Assembly: GCA_951406725.2 (NCBI GenBank)
Contig: OX597815.1
Location: 101,866,001-101,930,000 of the forward strand
Length of the DNA stretch: 64,000 bases
Direction of reading: 5' to 3'
Source: Octopus vulgaris
Taxonomy: Eukaryota
Below are positions 28,368 to 42,689 of this stretch, in pieces. The position numbers and the translations under genes were made by a program. The number at the start of each line of letters is the position of its first letter. The stretch's first letter is position 1. The notes beneath the pieces were generated by a model. The model saw only the letters and a list, made by a program, of their open reading frames with translations. It ran no database searches and was not told the origin of the DNA.

Positions 28368-28697
28368 TATGTATGTATGTATGTATTTGTGTCTCTGTTT
28401 TTCTTCGTCCAACCCCATCGCCTGACAGCGGATGCTGGTTTGCTTACATCCTCGTAATTTAGCGGTACGGCAAAAGAGACCGATAGAATAAGTACTAGAC
28501 TTATGAAGAATAAGTCCTAGGGTCAATTTGTTCGACTAAAGGCGTTGCTCCAGCATGGCTCAAGTCAAATGACTGAATTATAAGTATAAATATAAAAGAC
28601 AACATACATACACGACGCGCATAAACATTACACACATTGTGTATCTATACATACAAAATATAATATATTACAATACATTCACACATACACTCACATA

Positions 28698-28763
<66 letters not shown>
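27868..28763. repeat. Near-perfect tandem duplication (about 415-bp unit) bounded by (TA)n
   Basis: 27912-28285 recurs at 28331-28700. The only non-microsatellite difference I saw is CCTGGGG versus CCTAGGG. Confidence 0.92.
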
Positions 28764-28765
<2 letters not shown>

Positions 28766-29226
28766 TGTCTGTATTTGAAACGTTGTGACATGCAGAAGGG
28801 AAATAAATGATTTGAATATTTCGAGAATATTTCCAACTGTCACCACTTTGTTTCCAAATATATGTCTTCCCATTACCTGTTAATTTAAAACTTCTCTCAG
28901 CAGATTTTTATTTGTTGTAATTTCTAGTTTGGAGCCATTAAGTGGAGTGATGTGAAGAAATGTGTACTTGGAACAGCGGCATGTCGACAATATTGTGCAA
29001 AGCAATTTTAGCAATTTAGAATACATATATACTTCTACTAATGATTGAATATGAAAATAAGAATAATTTTTGTGATTGGATAGTTTCTGAAACTCAATTT
29101 TCTTCTAAAACATACAGGAAATTAAAACAAGATTTTTAACAAAAGACGAGAAAAACTGAAGTAAAAACGGAATGAAAGAAGGTTAACAGCATATGGCAAA
29201 GAAAGTGATGCGGGAGAAAGAAAGCT

Positions 29227-29276
<50 letters not shown>

Positions 29277-30318
29277 AAAAATATTAAAAGAATAAACCTA
29301 TCGCAAGATGTTATTTCTGAAGTGATGAAAATATGTTTGTTACTAAACGAAGTCTGTTGATGTTTATAAACGATGCCTACAGAGGAGCAAGATTCAGCGA
29401 GAATATAGGTAAAATTTCTAGTAGTAGCACATGTTCTCTGTATATTGATTCACTCAGTGACGTAGTATTCGGAAAGACACCTTGACAAGCTGGCATTCAG
29501 TGCTAAGAAAAAAGTTTTCAAAAGACAGAAATTGGAAATATATTTTCATTGAGTTTATATTTCATACATACATAACTTTGCACTGTATTGCAAATGTAAA
29601 ACATGGACATATATAAGTAACTTAATATTTTGCAACTGGAATTCCACTATCAATTACTGAAGAAAACACATAGGTTATAAATAATTCAGAAGTATAAATT
29701 TAGCTTCAGATATCAGGGTGACTCCGTTTATAATAGAGACGCTGAACTGACGAGACAAAATTGAACCCTGGAGATATATTATATACTATGGAACCAATAC
29801 CTAGTGGGTTATGAATAAATAAACGCACAGAATAACATTTGCTTAATTTATTATCATATTTTATAAACAGTTGTTACGAATGGTATTTATTTTTATGGGA
29901 ACGAGTTTTCAATTTTTAGAGACGTTATTTGTTAAGTATTAATAAATCATTTCAAAGTAAGTTTGAAATATTTGAGTCTTACAAAGTTGATATGTATAAC
30001 TTTTATAGTAACAACTAACATACTCGTACCCTCCAAAATAACTTTTTAAAAGAAACAAACTGAAATGCATTTAATAAATACTTTGACATAACATATTTTC
30101 CATACATTTGATAAAGCCGCATTACAACACATCTGATATGGCCGTGTTAGTTTATGATCAAATTTCCTTAACAGAAGAAGTATATATTGTCAATAATCAA
30201 TATTGCACACATTCTATATACATGTAGCATAATTATATTTATGACATATCCCATATATATATATATATATATATATATGAATGCATGTATATAAACATAT
30301 ACATACATACATTATATA

Positions 30319-30382
<64 letters not shown>

Positions 30383-30797
30383 TATATTTGTATATTATGT
30401 TGCTGTTATGAGTTTCCAAACAAAATATATTACAATTTCTCTGGATAAAGATAGATATATATGTTTGCAATACACATAGATAATAAACATTTCCAATAGG
30501 GCACTACGTCGTATATTATTGAACATAATTTAAGCGGTGCAGTATTGAGTCTTTTAAGGAATCTAGTCGAATGACATACCCTTGGTAGTTTTAAGAATAT
30601 ATTCAGGTTCATGATTAAGTGGACAATTTATTTCAACAATGTGATTTCCAAGGTCATCACTTCTTTCCATGCATAATCTCGGATTATTCTTCTGGTTTAT
30701 ATTTATACATAAACACACGCGTGTGCGCGCGCACACACACACACACTCGCACTCACATACACACATACACACTCATATACACACACATATATATATA

Positions 30798-30893
30798 CGA
30801 GAGGTGTATGAAAAGTCTTGAGCCTCAAAAAAAAAACATGGTACAAGACTTTTGTTGAAGACGTCAAGGCTTAAAACTTTTCATACCCCCTCG
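30798..30893. mobile_element. 96-bp mariner-type MITE
   Basis: TA|CGAGAGGTGTATGAAAAGTCTTGAGCCT ... AGGCTTAAAACTTTTCATACCCCCTCG|TA. Confidence 0.85.
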
Positions 30894-31101
30894 TATACAT
30901 ATATATATATATATATGGTGCTTCGTGTACCCTCTAATATAATTAAGAATTTATTGTAAAGCTGTTTAATGCTAATATCGCTTGCCGCCACAATGTTATT
31001 GGCTTTGTTATTATCAATTATTTTGATTTGCTCTTCATAATTAATAATAACATCTTTACGAGTATTTATTTTGAATATATGCTCATTCTTATATATATGT
31101 A

Positions 31102-32353
31102 TCTGGCTGAGTAAAAAGTAAGCAATGTTTTGAAACATGCAGTTCATCACAATATATTTCAACAGTGCGGACATTTTATTCATCAAAGTCAGTACCATTC
31201 CAGTCAACATATTTTTGGCAACGAGCAACAAGTTTATTTATACTGGTAACATAATAATCTGGAGTTCTGGAGATGATGAACTCTTTCAACGCACTTTCAG
31301 TATCAGTTTGATTTTTGAACTCCTTCTCTTGCCCGAAACCATCAAAGTGCTTAAAAAATATGGAAGTCAGTAGGAGAAAGGGCTGGAGAATAAGCTGGGC
31401 GGGAAGAACTTCGTAGCCAAGTCCCTCAACTTCTGAAGCGTCATTAGGGAAACTTGTGGTCGAGCATTGTCATGAAGAATGATCGGCCCTCTTCTGTTGA
31501 CCAATCTAGGAGGGAGGAGTTGCAGTTTTTCGTTCATTTTGGCAATTTCAAGGCAATATGTTTCTGCAGTAATGGTTTTTTCCGAGTTTTAAGAAGTTTT
31601 AGCGGATGAGTCCAGCAGTACACCACTAAACAGTCAATATAACCTTTTTTTTGAAGAGTTCGGGTTTAGGGAAGGTTTTCGGTGCTTCAATTTGGTCCAA
31701 CAACTGCGAAGAACGTTTTTATTTTTTTATAATTTTATAAATCCACTTTTCGTAGCAAGTTACAATACGGTCTAGACATGGGTCGGTCTGGTTACGGAGA
31801 AGAAGAGACGAGCAAATGTCATATCTGCGCATTTTCTGATTTTCATTCAAATTGTGTCATCCATTTGCCGAGCTTTGATTTTGCGATCGCATGCAAATGG
31901 TTACAGTTAGTTTTCTGGCTAACTTGAAGTTCTTTTGCCAATTCTCAAGCGGTTTTACGTGGATCTTTTTCAATGACGGTCTTTAATTGGCCGTCATCGA
32001 TGACAGATGGGCGTCCACTACGCTCATGATCTTCAAGACTCAAGTCTCCACTGCGAAATCGTTTAAACCATTTTCGAGTTGACCCCTCACTGGTCGCTGA
32101 ACATTTCGTTGATATCACATTCTTTTTTGAAGTTGAATAGCAAAATTGCACGAATATCGCGCTTCGACAGTTCCATTTTAGATGGTTGTAACAACGGTGA
32201 AAAATAGATCAATGTCAATTTATTGATGCATTTGGGCAAGTCTATGTTTTATCAGGCAATTGCAAGAAAATGTTTAAAACAAATTAAAAACTCAGCAAAA
32301 GTCCGGTAAAATTCTTCATGGTTCAAAAGGTTGCTTACTTTTTACTCAACCTG

Positions 32354-32354
<1 letters not shown>
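31102..32354 (-). mobile_element. Full-length decayed mariner transposon (1253 bp, TA TSD)
   Basis: TIRs TCTGGCTGAGTAAAAAGTAAGCAA / TTGCTTACTTTTTACTCAACCTGA. Motifs KWFKRFRSGDLSLEDHERSGRP, IVTCYEKWI, ILHDNAR, PAYSP. Confidence 0.92.
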
Positions 32355-32424
<70 letters not shown>

Positions 32425-33059
32425 ACCAGTTTATATTTGAAAACTATGCAAACACACGAGCGTATTTTTCACTCGTTGGTGATGTCCTGTACTTATTGTG
32501 TATCTTTTTTGTATTTTGTCCTCTACTTATTTCTCGTGTGTTTACGTATTTTTCACTGCTGGTATTTTCCTGTACTTAATGTATATTATTTTTTTATTTA
32601 TAATCAAACGCCACGCAGCCTCGTCCACAGTAGCTTCTTACGTATATATATATAAATTCTGTGACTCCACACTGTTTTCTTTCTTTGTCTCTATCCCTCA
32701 ATAATCCTCTGTATTTTCCGTTTCTCCCCCTCCTTCTTTGTTGTCCCCTGTCTGTCTTTCTTCCGCTCCCTACTCTCTCTCGTTCCTTCTCTCTTCTCCT
32801 CACTTCCTTTGTTTACCTATTTAAAGCAAATAGGTAACTGGGAACTGAAGTCAATTTCCAGTGGTTTTAATTCTTAGTAGACGTAGTATACCAGCTGCAT
32901 TAGATCTTGTGATGGTGATAAGGAGATAGATAAATGCAGCTATATTACCATCTCATGACCACCATTTTTATTCTCTTCTGCCACTCCAAATTATAATTGG
33001 GGTAATTTCTCACTCAGTTCATTCTGCTACAATAATAGCAACAAACATGTAATTCTTTT

Positions 33060-33325
33060 ATTCTCTAGTTCTGATGAAAAACTTGCTCAAAAATTATAAT
33101 GGAGTATCCTGTATGTTGAAAACCAATGTGGTTTTATGCATCCGAAGAAGGCGCTGTATTTCAAACTGATGTAAAGCTTGCCTTGTTCGATTAAATGGAG
33201 CCGCCTGAAACGGCCATAAAGCACTGATATCTTGACATCCTTGTAACTTGTTTGCTATTTATTCACCTTACTACGAGCTGTGCGGATAATACCGGATGAC
33301 TTGGTGCCTCACCTTAAGTATCTAA
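33060..33325 (+). mobile_element. Penelope-like terminal fragment with hammerhead-like motifs
   Basis: CTGATGA at 33071; TTTATG..CCGAAGA-AGGCG...CGCCT-GAAACGGC-CATAAA. The 3' GGTGCCTCAC..TTAAGTA motif recurs inverted at about 34840-34862. Confidence 0.5.
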
Positions 33326-33455
33326 TTCAACTGAATCTTAATTATTTAGATTGAACTCAATTAGGTTTGATGCATATATTTTATGAGCACAACTAAAAAT
33401 GATTAAGAATATATATATAGAAATTATGCTGTATTTCTTGTGCCCCGTTTAAATA

Positions 33456-33487
<32 letters not shown>

Positions 33488-33646
33488 ACTTAATTGTGTT
33501 TATCTACCTCACTACTACCATATCAGTTTGGATTCTTTCTATAGTTATTCTTGATGACGATGATCCTGTCTTGGATGAAAAATTTGGAATTTAAGTTCGA
33601 GTTCATTTGAGCATTACTGTGTATTTTCTACGCTGAACTTGTTTAG

Positions 33647-33703
<57 letters not shown>

Positions 33704-33727
33704 CCTCTGTTGCTCTGTCTCTCTCTG

Positions 33728-33833
<106 letters not shown>

Positions 33834-34422
33834 CCTTTTTCTTGCAAGTCACCACTTCTATACAGCATGCTTAATGGAACATCTAATAGGCATGATTTCA
33901 GCTTCTGTTTTTCTTAATTATAAAGCAACGAACTTCTTCACACTATAATAAAATTCTATGCTTTCTTGGAATGTGATAAATATTTACTTCCTTCTACAGC
34001 ATTCATCCAGCCCAAAATAGACCTCGTTCTATGCACTATCTAATTACATTTGAAAAGAAATGATAAAAGTGTCTTTGAAAACTTTAGCGAGAAAGATGTG
34101 TACACATAGATTTTAAATAAAATCGAAGTGAAAGAATATACTAAGGTGAAGTGACAGAAATGGAAATGAGGCGAAAAAATAGAATCAAAACGCTTTTTGT
34201 TTTAAATATTCACCTAATCACACGATCATTAAAATTATAGCAGCGGACCTAGCTTTTCTCCAGCAACGGCAAAATTTTATAATTCATTTGTTCATGAAAC
34301 TAGTACTTGAATTTTATATGTCAGGTAAGTATAATACATACATACATACATACATACATACATACATACATACATGTTTGTTTGTCTGTGTGTGTGTGTA
34401 TGTTTGTATGTATGTATGTATG

Positions 34423-34467
<45 letters not shown>

Positions 34468-34471
<4 letters not shown>

Positions 34472-34598
34472 GTCAATATGGAAATTCGCAGACAATATAT
34501 TTAAGGGACATATATTTACTTGCAGATTATATTTACTCAGCGAGACTAAATATATGTTCCTTAAATATATTGTCTGAAAAATTTCCATACAAATGTTT
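34468..34598. repeat. Imperfect palindrome (arms about 50 bp), with a third arm copy at about 34718-34765
   Basis: TATGGAAATT..CAGACAATATATTTAAGG.ACATATATTTA / TAAATATATGT.CCTTAAATATATTGTCTG..AATTTCCATA. Confidence 0.8.
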
Positions 34599-34618
34599 AT
34601 TACTCTCCTTCTGTCCGT

Positions 34619-34652
<34 letters not shown>

Positions 34653-35232
34653 GTGTATGTATGTATATGTATATGTATATGTACATAATGGCAGTAATAA
34701 CAGTATTGTTTTGAATAAACGTGTATATGAAAATTCATAGACAATTTATTTCAGGAACATATATGTATTCTAGCTGCGTGAATATGATATGCGAATAGGT
34801 CACAGGCTCATATACATATAAAATAAGATTCATTTGAATAAGGTACTTAAAGTTGAGGCACCTGGTTAGGTCGGAACAAAAAGTACACACTACAATTATA
34901 GATGAATATCAACATTGGTACAAAAGTACTGGCAGAATGATATTCGGGCAATGCATGCCGTGAATTGGACCCAACTGAGTATATAATCCGCTCTTGAGCT
35001 ATTCAGACATCATGCACATTTAATTAAGTATACAGTCCATAATATACTTCGGAAAATGCGAGGGGCATGTTCTGAGATAGATGAATTACAAATAAATAAC
35101 AACTGATGAACAGGTATCAACTGATACATACATACATACATACATACATACATACATACATACATACATGCATACATACATACATACATACATACATACA
35201 TACATACATACATACATACATACATACATACA

Positions 35233-35321
<89 letters not shown>

Positions 35322-35899
35322 GTATATCAATAGATAGATAGATAGCAAAAGCAAAAGAAAGACTAGTCGAAGATGAACGAATAAATTCCCTCATTGGTGT
35401 AAGAATGCCAAAAGCAAAGAACACCAACGCTCATGAATATGTATAAACAAAAATAAACAAGATCATGGAAAATGATGCAGGAAAGAGAAATAGAACTAGC
35501 TAAAAGAAAAATATATTGAAAGGGAAAACCTTTGCAAAATTTAAAAAAAAAACAAGAAAATGTGTAAAAATATCCAAGAAATGACAGAGTGACACAAAAA
35601 TGTCCAACGGGAGATATTTTATAAAAGAAAGAGAATCTTTCATTTAAAAAAAAAGAGTAAAGATGGACAAAGTACATAAGATGCCCATTTTTAAGATGAA
35701 AGACCCGAAATGTCTTCACCGTCCCTCCTCATTGAGCCAAAAGTTTAAAAATCTGACGTGGAACATGCGATCAAGAAGAGCAGAAAGGGAAAGCTCCAGG
35801 GACAAAAGTAGTGACATATGAGATATTAGAAACACAAAAAGATTATGGAATTCACAAACTCACAGAGATATACACGCACACGCTTGTGATATGTGCAAG

Positions 35900-36760
35900 C
35901 ATATATGTAGTATCTGCTGGGTCAGGAAGTTGGAGCAATACCAAAGGTTTTCCTATGCCTTACTACTTCGATGAGATTGACAAAGATTTTAGTCCGTCTT
36001 GAGCCTTTGTAAGTAAACAACAACGCGAAAGATATGAGTAGGGAAATAAGTCTAGAGGGCTTGATGTCCTGGAAAAGAACTAGTCTTAGTAGGAACTGGA
36101 CACAGTAAAGGTGAAAACAGACGGTTAGACCAGTTGAATAGTAATGCCTGAGTGGAATATTATGGTATCGGTAGTAAAGTCAGAGGGAGAAGACAGCACA
36201 TATATGGGTCAGAGACTGAAGCGTGTCTTCAGAGGAGTGTGCTCTCTCAATGTGCTCAGTGTCTATATGCAGCAGTAGAAGCATTTAGGATACGAGAACA
36301 ATACTCAATTTTATGGTTTCGTCGGCGCTTTATAGGCATTAACTGTTTGAAGTGGTAGCATTTTTTGTCCCAGAAAAAAAAAAGACTGATCGTTAAGATG
36401 CGGTCCTAAATTTGTTAAAGATGTGTTTTCGTCAAAAAAGCTTTTCGATAGATCTATGTGCAAGGGTTCTTGCTGTGTTAGTCGATGTTTCTTTTTTTTT
36501 TATGAGAAGCATTTTTGTTTTATTGAAAGAAAGAAGATTCGCTTACTTCCATTGAAAGTTGCTTTCGGGTTCTGTTTTGATCGAGATGTCACTTTCATGC
36601 AGTGTGGCTTTGACGTATGGTATCTAGATTGCGAGTGAATGATGGATGATTGGGAATATTAATGAAGAATGAAGAGGAGGCGCGTCAGCGTGAGTATAGT
36701 CCCACCAAGTAGATAGAATGGGGAACAGAAAGAACTCCATCAACATGGCCGGCAATCATT
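35900..36760 (-). mobile_element. Heavily decayed CR1/L2-group LINE RT
   Basis: Minus remnants DGVLSVPHSI, LLFIL..IN, FNGSK and SSFPGTSAL*..PTHIF across frameshifts. Confidence 0.45.
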
Positions 36761-37204
36761 CCATTTAATAGTATAGTATAGGTAGTAGGAGTTCCAATTA
36801 TTCAGTCACTCGCATGGCAGCATCCTTCGATGAATTGCTGCCTGCGTCTAAAAGGTGAAGCTATAGTCTTGCCATGGTGTTGTTTATCATTGCCGTCGTG
36901 TGAGTCCATGACAAGAGGTACTATAACTGCTCCTACTTGTACGCTTAAACGGGCATATTAACGGTGTTAGATGAGTATAGAACGGTAATAAGAGAAAGAG
37001 ATACTACAGAAAAAACAATGGTTATGTTATGATCTCAACTAAGAGACCACTGCATCTTATAGCAGAAAGAGCTGGAAGCTAATGAAGTTCATAACATAAC
37101 CATTATTTTTCCTTTGTCATCTCTTATTCTTATTAGCGCTGTAAATATATATTGCTATCATCGAAGAGGTTAACAGTCGAAAACATATCCTTAATAAATT
37201 TAGG

Positions 37205-38290
37205 CCAATGAAGCTCAGCGAAAGTCACCAGTGGTGTCCCTAAAGAAACTGTTTTGGGCCCGCTTCTGGTTTATAGTCTATATAAACGACATTTCAAGCG
37301 TCATCAAACGCACCAGAGTAAAAATATTCGCTGATGACTCCAAGCTCCAAAAAATGAGCAACGGAGTAGAAGACCGTACCGAACTCTAATCTGATCTACA
37401 TGTCGTAATTCAACGGGCAGACAAAAACAAAATGCGACTAAACGAGGAAAAATTTGAACTGATACATTTTGGAAAAAAGACTATACTAAAACAACCACAT
37501 TCTCCTCTTTCAGGGGAACCACTCACAGTATCTAATAATTTCAGAGACCTAGGAGTAATCGTTGACAACAATCTCAGCTGGAGTGTTCACATTAGCAATA
37601 AGGTCGATATAACATAAGATGAGCTCCTGGATCCTAAGAACCTTCTGGTCCACAGAACAAGATGTCATCATTCCTCTTTTCTCTTCCTTTGTACGGCCAT
37701 ATCTAGAATACTGCTGCTCTCTGTGGTCTCCCCACACAAAACAAAACATTTCGCAAATGAATCACCTCAGAGGGCATTCACTAAAATAACTAAGGACATG
37801 ACTGATCTTGATTATTGGGATCGCCTTAAAGCATGGAAACTATTCTTTCCAGCGCCGCTGAGAGCGATACATCATTTGCACGATGCGGAGAATATACCAC
37901 CAGCATTTCCCAAACTACCTCAAAATTAGCTTCAAAATTCATCCAAGGCTAGGACCACGGGCCATACGTCTCCTACCCAATTCAGGATCGCAACACATAA
38001 ATACACTGCAACACAATTTCTCTTTCTCAGCAGGCCCTGCCTATTTAACACTGTCCCGAAATAGATCAAAGACGAAAAGGGTTCCATTGCCTTTAAATGG
38101 AATTTGGACAAATTTCTTCTATACCTCGTTGCAAATCACTCAACAAGAATTCCCTACTCGAATGGGTTATGATACCTCAAAACTTGACTTAAAAAGGATT
38201 TAACAAATCCCACCAGATGTTGCTGTTAAGTTAGACATGGCCTGGGCCAATTCTTGGTCGAAACATATCTAAGTTTTATCTAAGGTTATA
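37205..38290 (+). mobile_element. CR1-like LINE, 5'-truncated and decayed
   Basis: VTSGVP..TVLGPLL, YINDI, KIFADDSKL, MRLNEEKFELIHFG, DLGVIVDNNLSW, FVRPYLEYCCSLWSP. The 3' end is short repeated ATCTAAG. Confidence 0.9.
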
Positions 38291-40095
38291 TACATATGTG
38301 AATGTATGTATGTATATATCAAGGCTATTCACTGCTTCTGAATTTTTTTTCTTTTTCATTTTTTGTCTAAACAAGTTCGTTGGACAGTCAGAGAGTAAAA
38401 TGGATTACTTCAAGAGTTCGAGTAAATGGGAATAAATAACTTTCTGAAATTATGGTTACTCCTCTTTATTAACGAAGTAGATTTATTCTCTTACATAAAG
38501 CAATGATTTTATATTTAATCTCTAGGGAACATTATAAAGCTAACTAGAAATAATGTTGTAGTGCCGAGATACACAGAAATAAATGGTATATAGACAGAGA
38601 GTAAGAAGAATTTCTTATTCATGAAAATGTTAATAAAGAAATAACTATGTAGAGGTTAAAGAACTATGTTAAGCATTCACTTATCGGAGTTATTTCCGAA
38701 AGTATGTGAATCAATTCCGAACATGTTTCGGATTTATTATAATTTCCTCAGTGAAATTATAAGTTTCTCTGCATTTACCAAAATAATGGAGAGAGAAACA
38801 TTAAATGAATATATAAATGATGCTGAAAAAATGACGGGTGAATTGGTAATTCAGGAACCAAGTCTTTCAGTAGCTTTTTCATAAACTGATTGAAATACAG
38901 GTAATATAAAAATGAACCCGCAGATATTGTATATCAGACGAAAATATACTAAAGGCTATTATGTATTCAAGTGAGACAAACGTACACACAAAACACTGAC
39001 TTCATTGACAAAGACTTTGGAATAATATGAATCAGGTTCGAACAACAACAAAAATAAAGATACTTTACTTATTATTGAACTGGTTTTGAAATCTAAAAAT
39101 TTCAAAGACACTGAATATTGTTTCAACACCACAACCAACTGGTCCGTGGGATCTAGAGTGACGTTTCATTCTCTGGCAAGCACAGACGTAAGACGTACAG
39201 ATTGGTCCAGAGCAAAGTCAAGTTCAGCTGTCTGGCAAAATGGCTTACAGGTCATGGAAATTGCCTTCATCACTACTGACTGTATACATTTATATGTATT
39301 TGTTTAAGCTGAACTTCAAACAGCAAATAATGCCATAACTTTCGTGTTTATACTTGCTAGACAAGTGGACACATGAAATTTATGTAACCATCCGGTTTTT
39401 GAAGTTTCTGTTTTGAAGATAAACATTTTATTATTTGTATTTGATGTTTCGTGTGATTTTATCTTAAACGCGCTGCAACATACATACATACATACATACA
39501 TACATACATACATACATACATACATACATACATACATACATACATACATACACGTGTATACGTATATATGTACACATATGCATTCATACATCTGTCCGTC
39601 TACATATATGTGCGTTTATGTGTATGCGTCTCCGCACATATATGTGCACGCATTCATGCACACACAAACACACATACACAAACATACACACACACGCGCG
39701 CGCATGCACGCAGACGGTGTTGATGGAAGCTAATTCAACAATGAGTATGGCCATTGCTTGTTAATGAGCTGCAAAGCAAAGATGACATTTCAGCTCCGCT
39801 GATGATTTGCAGCCTTTACTACATTTATCACATAAATGTGTACTTTCAATTAAATGTAGTCCAAAATCACATGTAACATTTCAATTTATTTACAGACAAA
39901 TTTATTTATAGACAAATGGAATATTCATGGAACATTCCCATCAAAACTTTTACTATGTGCAAACATAACATAACCGACATTAATATTTGAGACAAAAAGA
40001 AGTTTTCCCACTTGTCTGAGCATCTCTTCGAACGAGAAGTAGAAAATGTATTCACAACACCTTCGAAACGTGCAACTCCTCTATACCAATATCGT

Positions 40096-40736
40096 AGTAC
40101 TACTTTGGCGTGTGATCTACAAATTAAGGGGCGATTACTTTAGGTTACTTTTATTAATTTGCTTTTCAATTTCTAAAAACCCTTAAGATGTTGGTTAAAG
40201 ATTTTTACAATGTGATAAGCGACGAGAGGAAGGCAGTCGCATTTTTACGAAGAAATGGCCTTTTAGATGATGAAGAAAATGTTGCACCATGTTATCGTGG
40301 TGGTGGGGAAATAAAGGAAGCTTGAAGAAAAGGGAAAATCGGTGGAATTCTGCCAACTTTACGTTGCAAAACTCGCGGCTGCCAAACACGTGTGATCTAC
40401 GCGCTTACGATAATTATTGTATTCCTTATTCTTGGTTTCTTCTTATTATTATTTACTAAGACATTAATGAAACATAGATTTATTATCAAAATAGTAAGAA
40501 TTTTGAAAAAATACATTTACAATGCTAAGTATGTGGAAAAGAATTTATTAAAAAATTGAATTGCAATTTGACAATAAAGATGAAATACAAATTTGAATAA
40601 TTTTATCGATGAATTGAGCGAACATCTGCTAGAAACACATGAACATCTAAAAGGTTTTTGGAAATTGAAAAGTAAACTTAGAAGTAACCCAAAGTAATCG
40701 CCCTTTAAATTGTAGATCATACGCCAAAGTAGTACC
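40096..40736. mobile_element. MITE with about 95-bp TIRs and a probable 8-bp TSD (Merlin-like)
   Basis: (A/G)GTACTACTTTGGCGT.TGATCTACAA.TTAA.GGGCGATTACTT... is inverted at both ends. Flanks are AATATCGT (40088-40095) and AATAGCGT (40737-40744). Confidence 0.75.
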
Positions 40737-41072
40737 AATAGCGTTATTTATATCGATATTCATAGATGCATACCTAGTGATTAGGGTATTGGACTCATTT
40801 GAACGTGCGCTGGGTTTTTACGCAGGGCGGCGCATTTTGTCCTTGACAAAACATTATTTTATGTTTCTTCATTATATTAAGTTGTAAATAAATGCGAACC
40901 CAGTTGTGGTGCAGCCCTTTTACATTCCGACTGTCTCAAAGTAGATGCTGCAATCAGCCAGTACTTGGAGGCTGATGACGCTGACTATGCTCGCAATTGC
41001 ATCGCAAACAGTGTACCATACAATATGCCATCGCATCATACTCACTCACACACACAGACACACACACACCCA

Positions 41073-41120
<48 letters not shown>

Positions 41121-41124
41121 CATA

Positions 41125-41666
41125 CAGTAATGCTTCCCTTTGCGAGGACCCGCTTTACGAGTATTATTTTTCAAGCACAAGGTCCAAATTTTGAATGAAG
41201 TGCAAAAGTTTTTACTACCATAACAAATACTTCTGAGTGTTACCGAGAAATTATAGAGAGCGAAAAAAAATTCTTCGAAGCAAACAACTCTAGACTTGTT
41301 TTTAAAAAAGAAATCTATAAGTCCGTCTACGAGTGCTTGTGAATCGGTTATCACGTGTACAAGTGATAGTATGCACGAGTCCAGTGCGAGTGAAAGTGAT
41401 TCAGAAAACGATAATAATAATAATATTTTTTATTATAAATGATCTTTACATTCTTTTTACGTTACATAAAATATTCTTTACTTTCTATCTTTGTTTTATT
41501 GCCATTTATTTACGAGTATTATAAATTTGATAGGAAAAATATTTTTCTGGGAACGAATTACGATTTATAACATTGCTACTATGAGAAATCATTGCTTTGC
41601 TTTACGAGTTTTCGTCTTACGAGCAGTCTCCAGCAACAAATTAACTCGTATATCGAGGCATTGCTG
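41125..41666. mobile_element. Tc1/pogo-type MITE
   Basis: TA|CAGTAATGCTTC... and ...CTCGTATATCGAGGCATTGCTG; repeated TTTACGAG subterminal motifs. Confidence 0.55.
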
Positions 41667-42464
41667 TGTACATAGAAAAGCAATTCTAGAGTTCACATGC
41701 AGACATATATTCTTTATTCTTTGATTTTTTGCAGCCTTGGGGTACTTATTTCTTAAAGCCTGGTACTTATTCTATCCGGTTTATTTACTTATATGGTCGA
41801 ACCATTAACTTACAGAGACGCAAACAAACCAACACATGTTGTCAAGCAGTAGTTGGGACAAATAAAATGACATGCAACATGCTCATACAAATCCGAATGC
41901 AGATATGATAATGATTGACTCATCTTCTCAGATGATAGCCGTCTCACATTCAGCTTGGTTGTTTTGATCTATTTCCACCTTTGTACATGTGCTGGTATAT
42001 GACTTTTCATCACGCATCCATCGCCATAATACATTATAAAATACAAAACAGATCAAGAAAAGAACTGATAGTGAGACATCTGTACATCACTGAATCTAAG
42101 TGACAAAAGCTTTTTACAACATTTTTACCGCTCATTCAATCGCCATATTGAGCTCCAGTGACAAGCATTGCAAGATGACTGGTACTCTTTTGACGGCAAC
42201 ATTTATGTCAGGATATCTTTCTCTTAGAAGAGCTGCTTCCCCTACAACTTCGTCAAAAACACCGGGTAACTCATCTACCTCTGGTAAATCTATTTAACCC
42301 ATAAATGCAACCCTGACAGGTACTATGTTTCGGCGTCAGAATGAACCTGGGAGTAAAAGTAATTAAGGAGAGACTTCATGCAGCCCATAACATCAGAATC
42401 CCCAAACTGGAGTCTCACTACCGGGTGCAGTGTAATGTCATAGCCATAACATACATATCTATCA

Positions 42465-42522
<58 letters not shown>

Positions 42523-42616
42523 ATGCATATATATGAATGTATAAATGCATGTATGTATATATATATATATATATATGTATATATGGGGAGCAAACTTCTT
42601 ACTACAGATACGCCTG

Positions 42617-42689
<73 letters not shown>

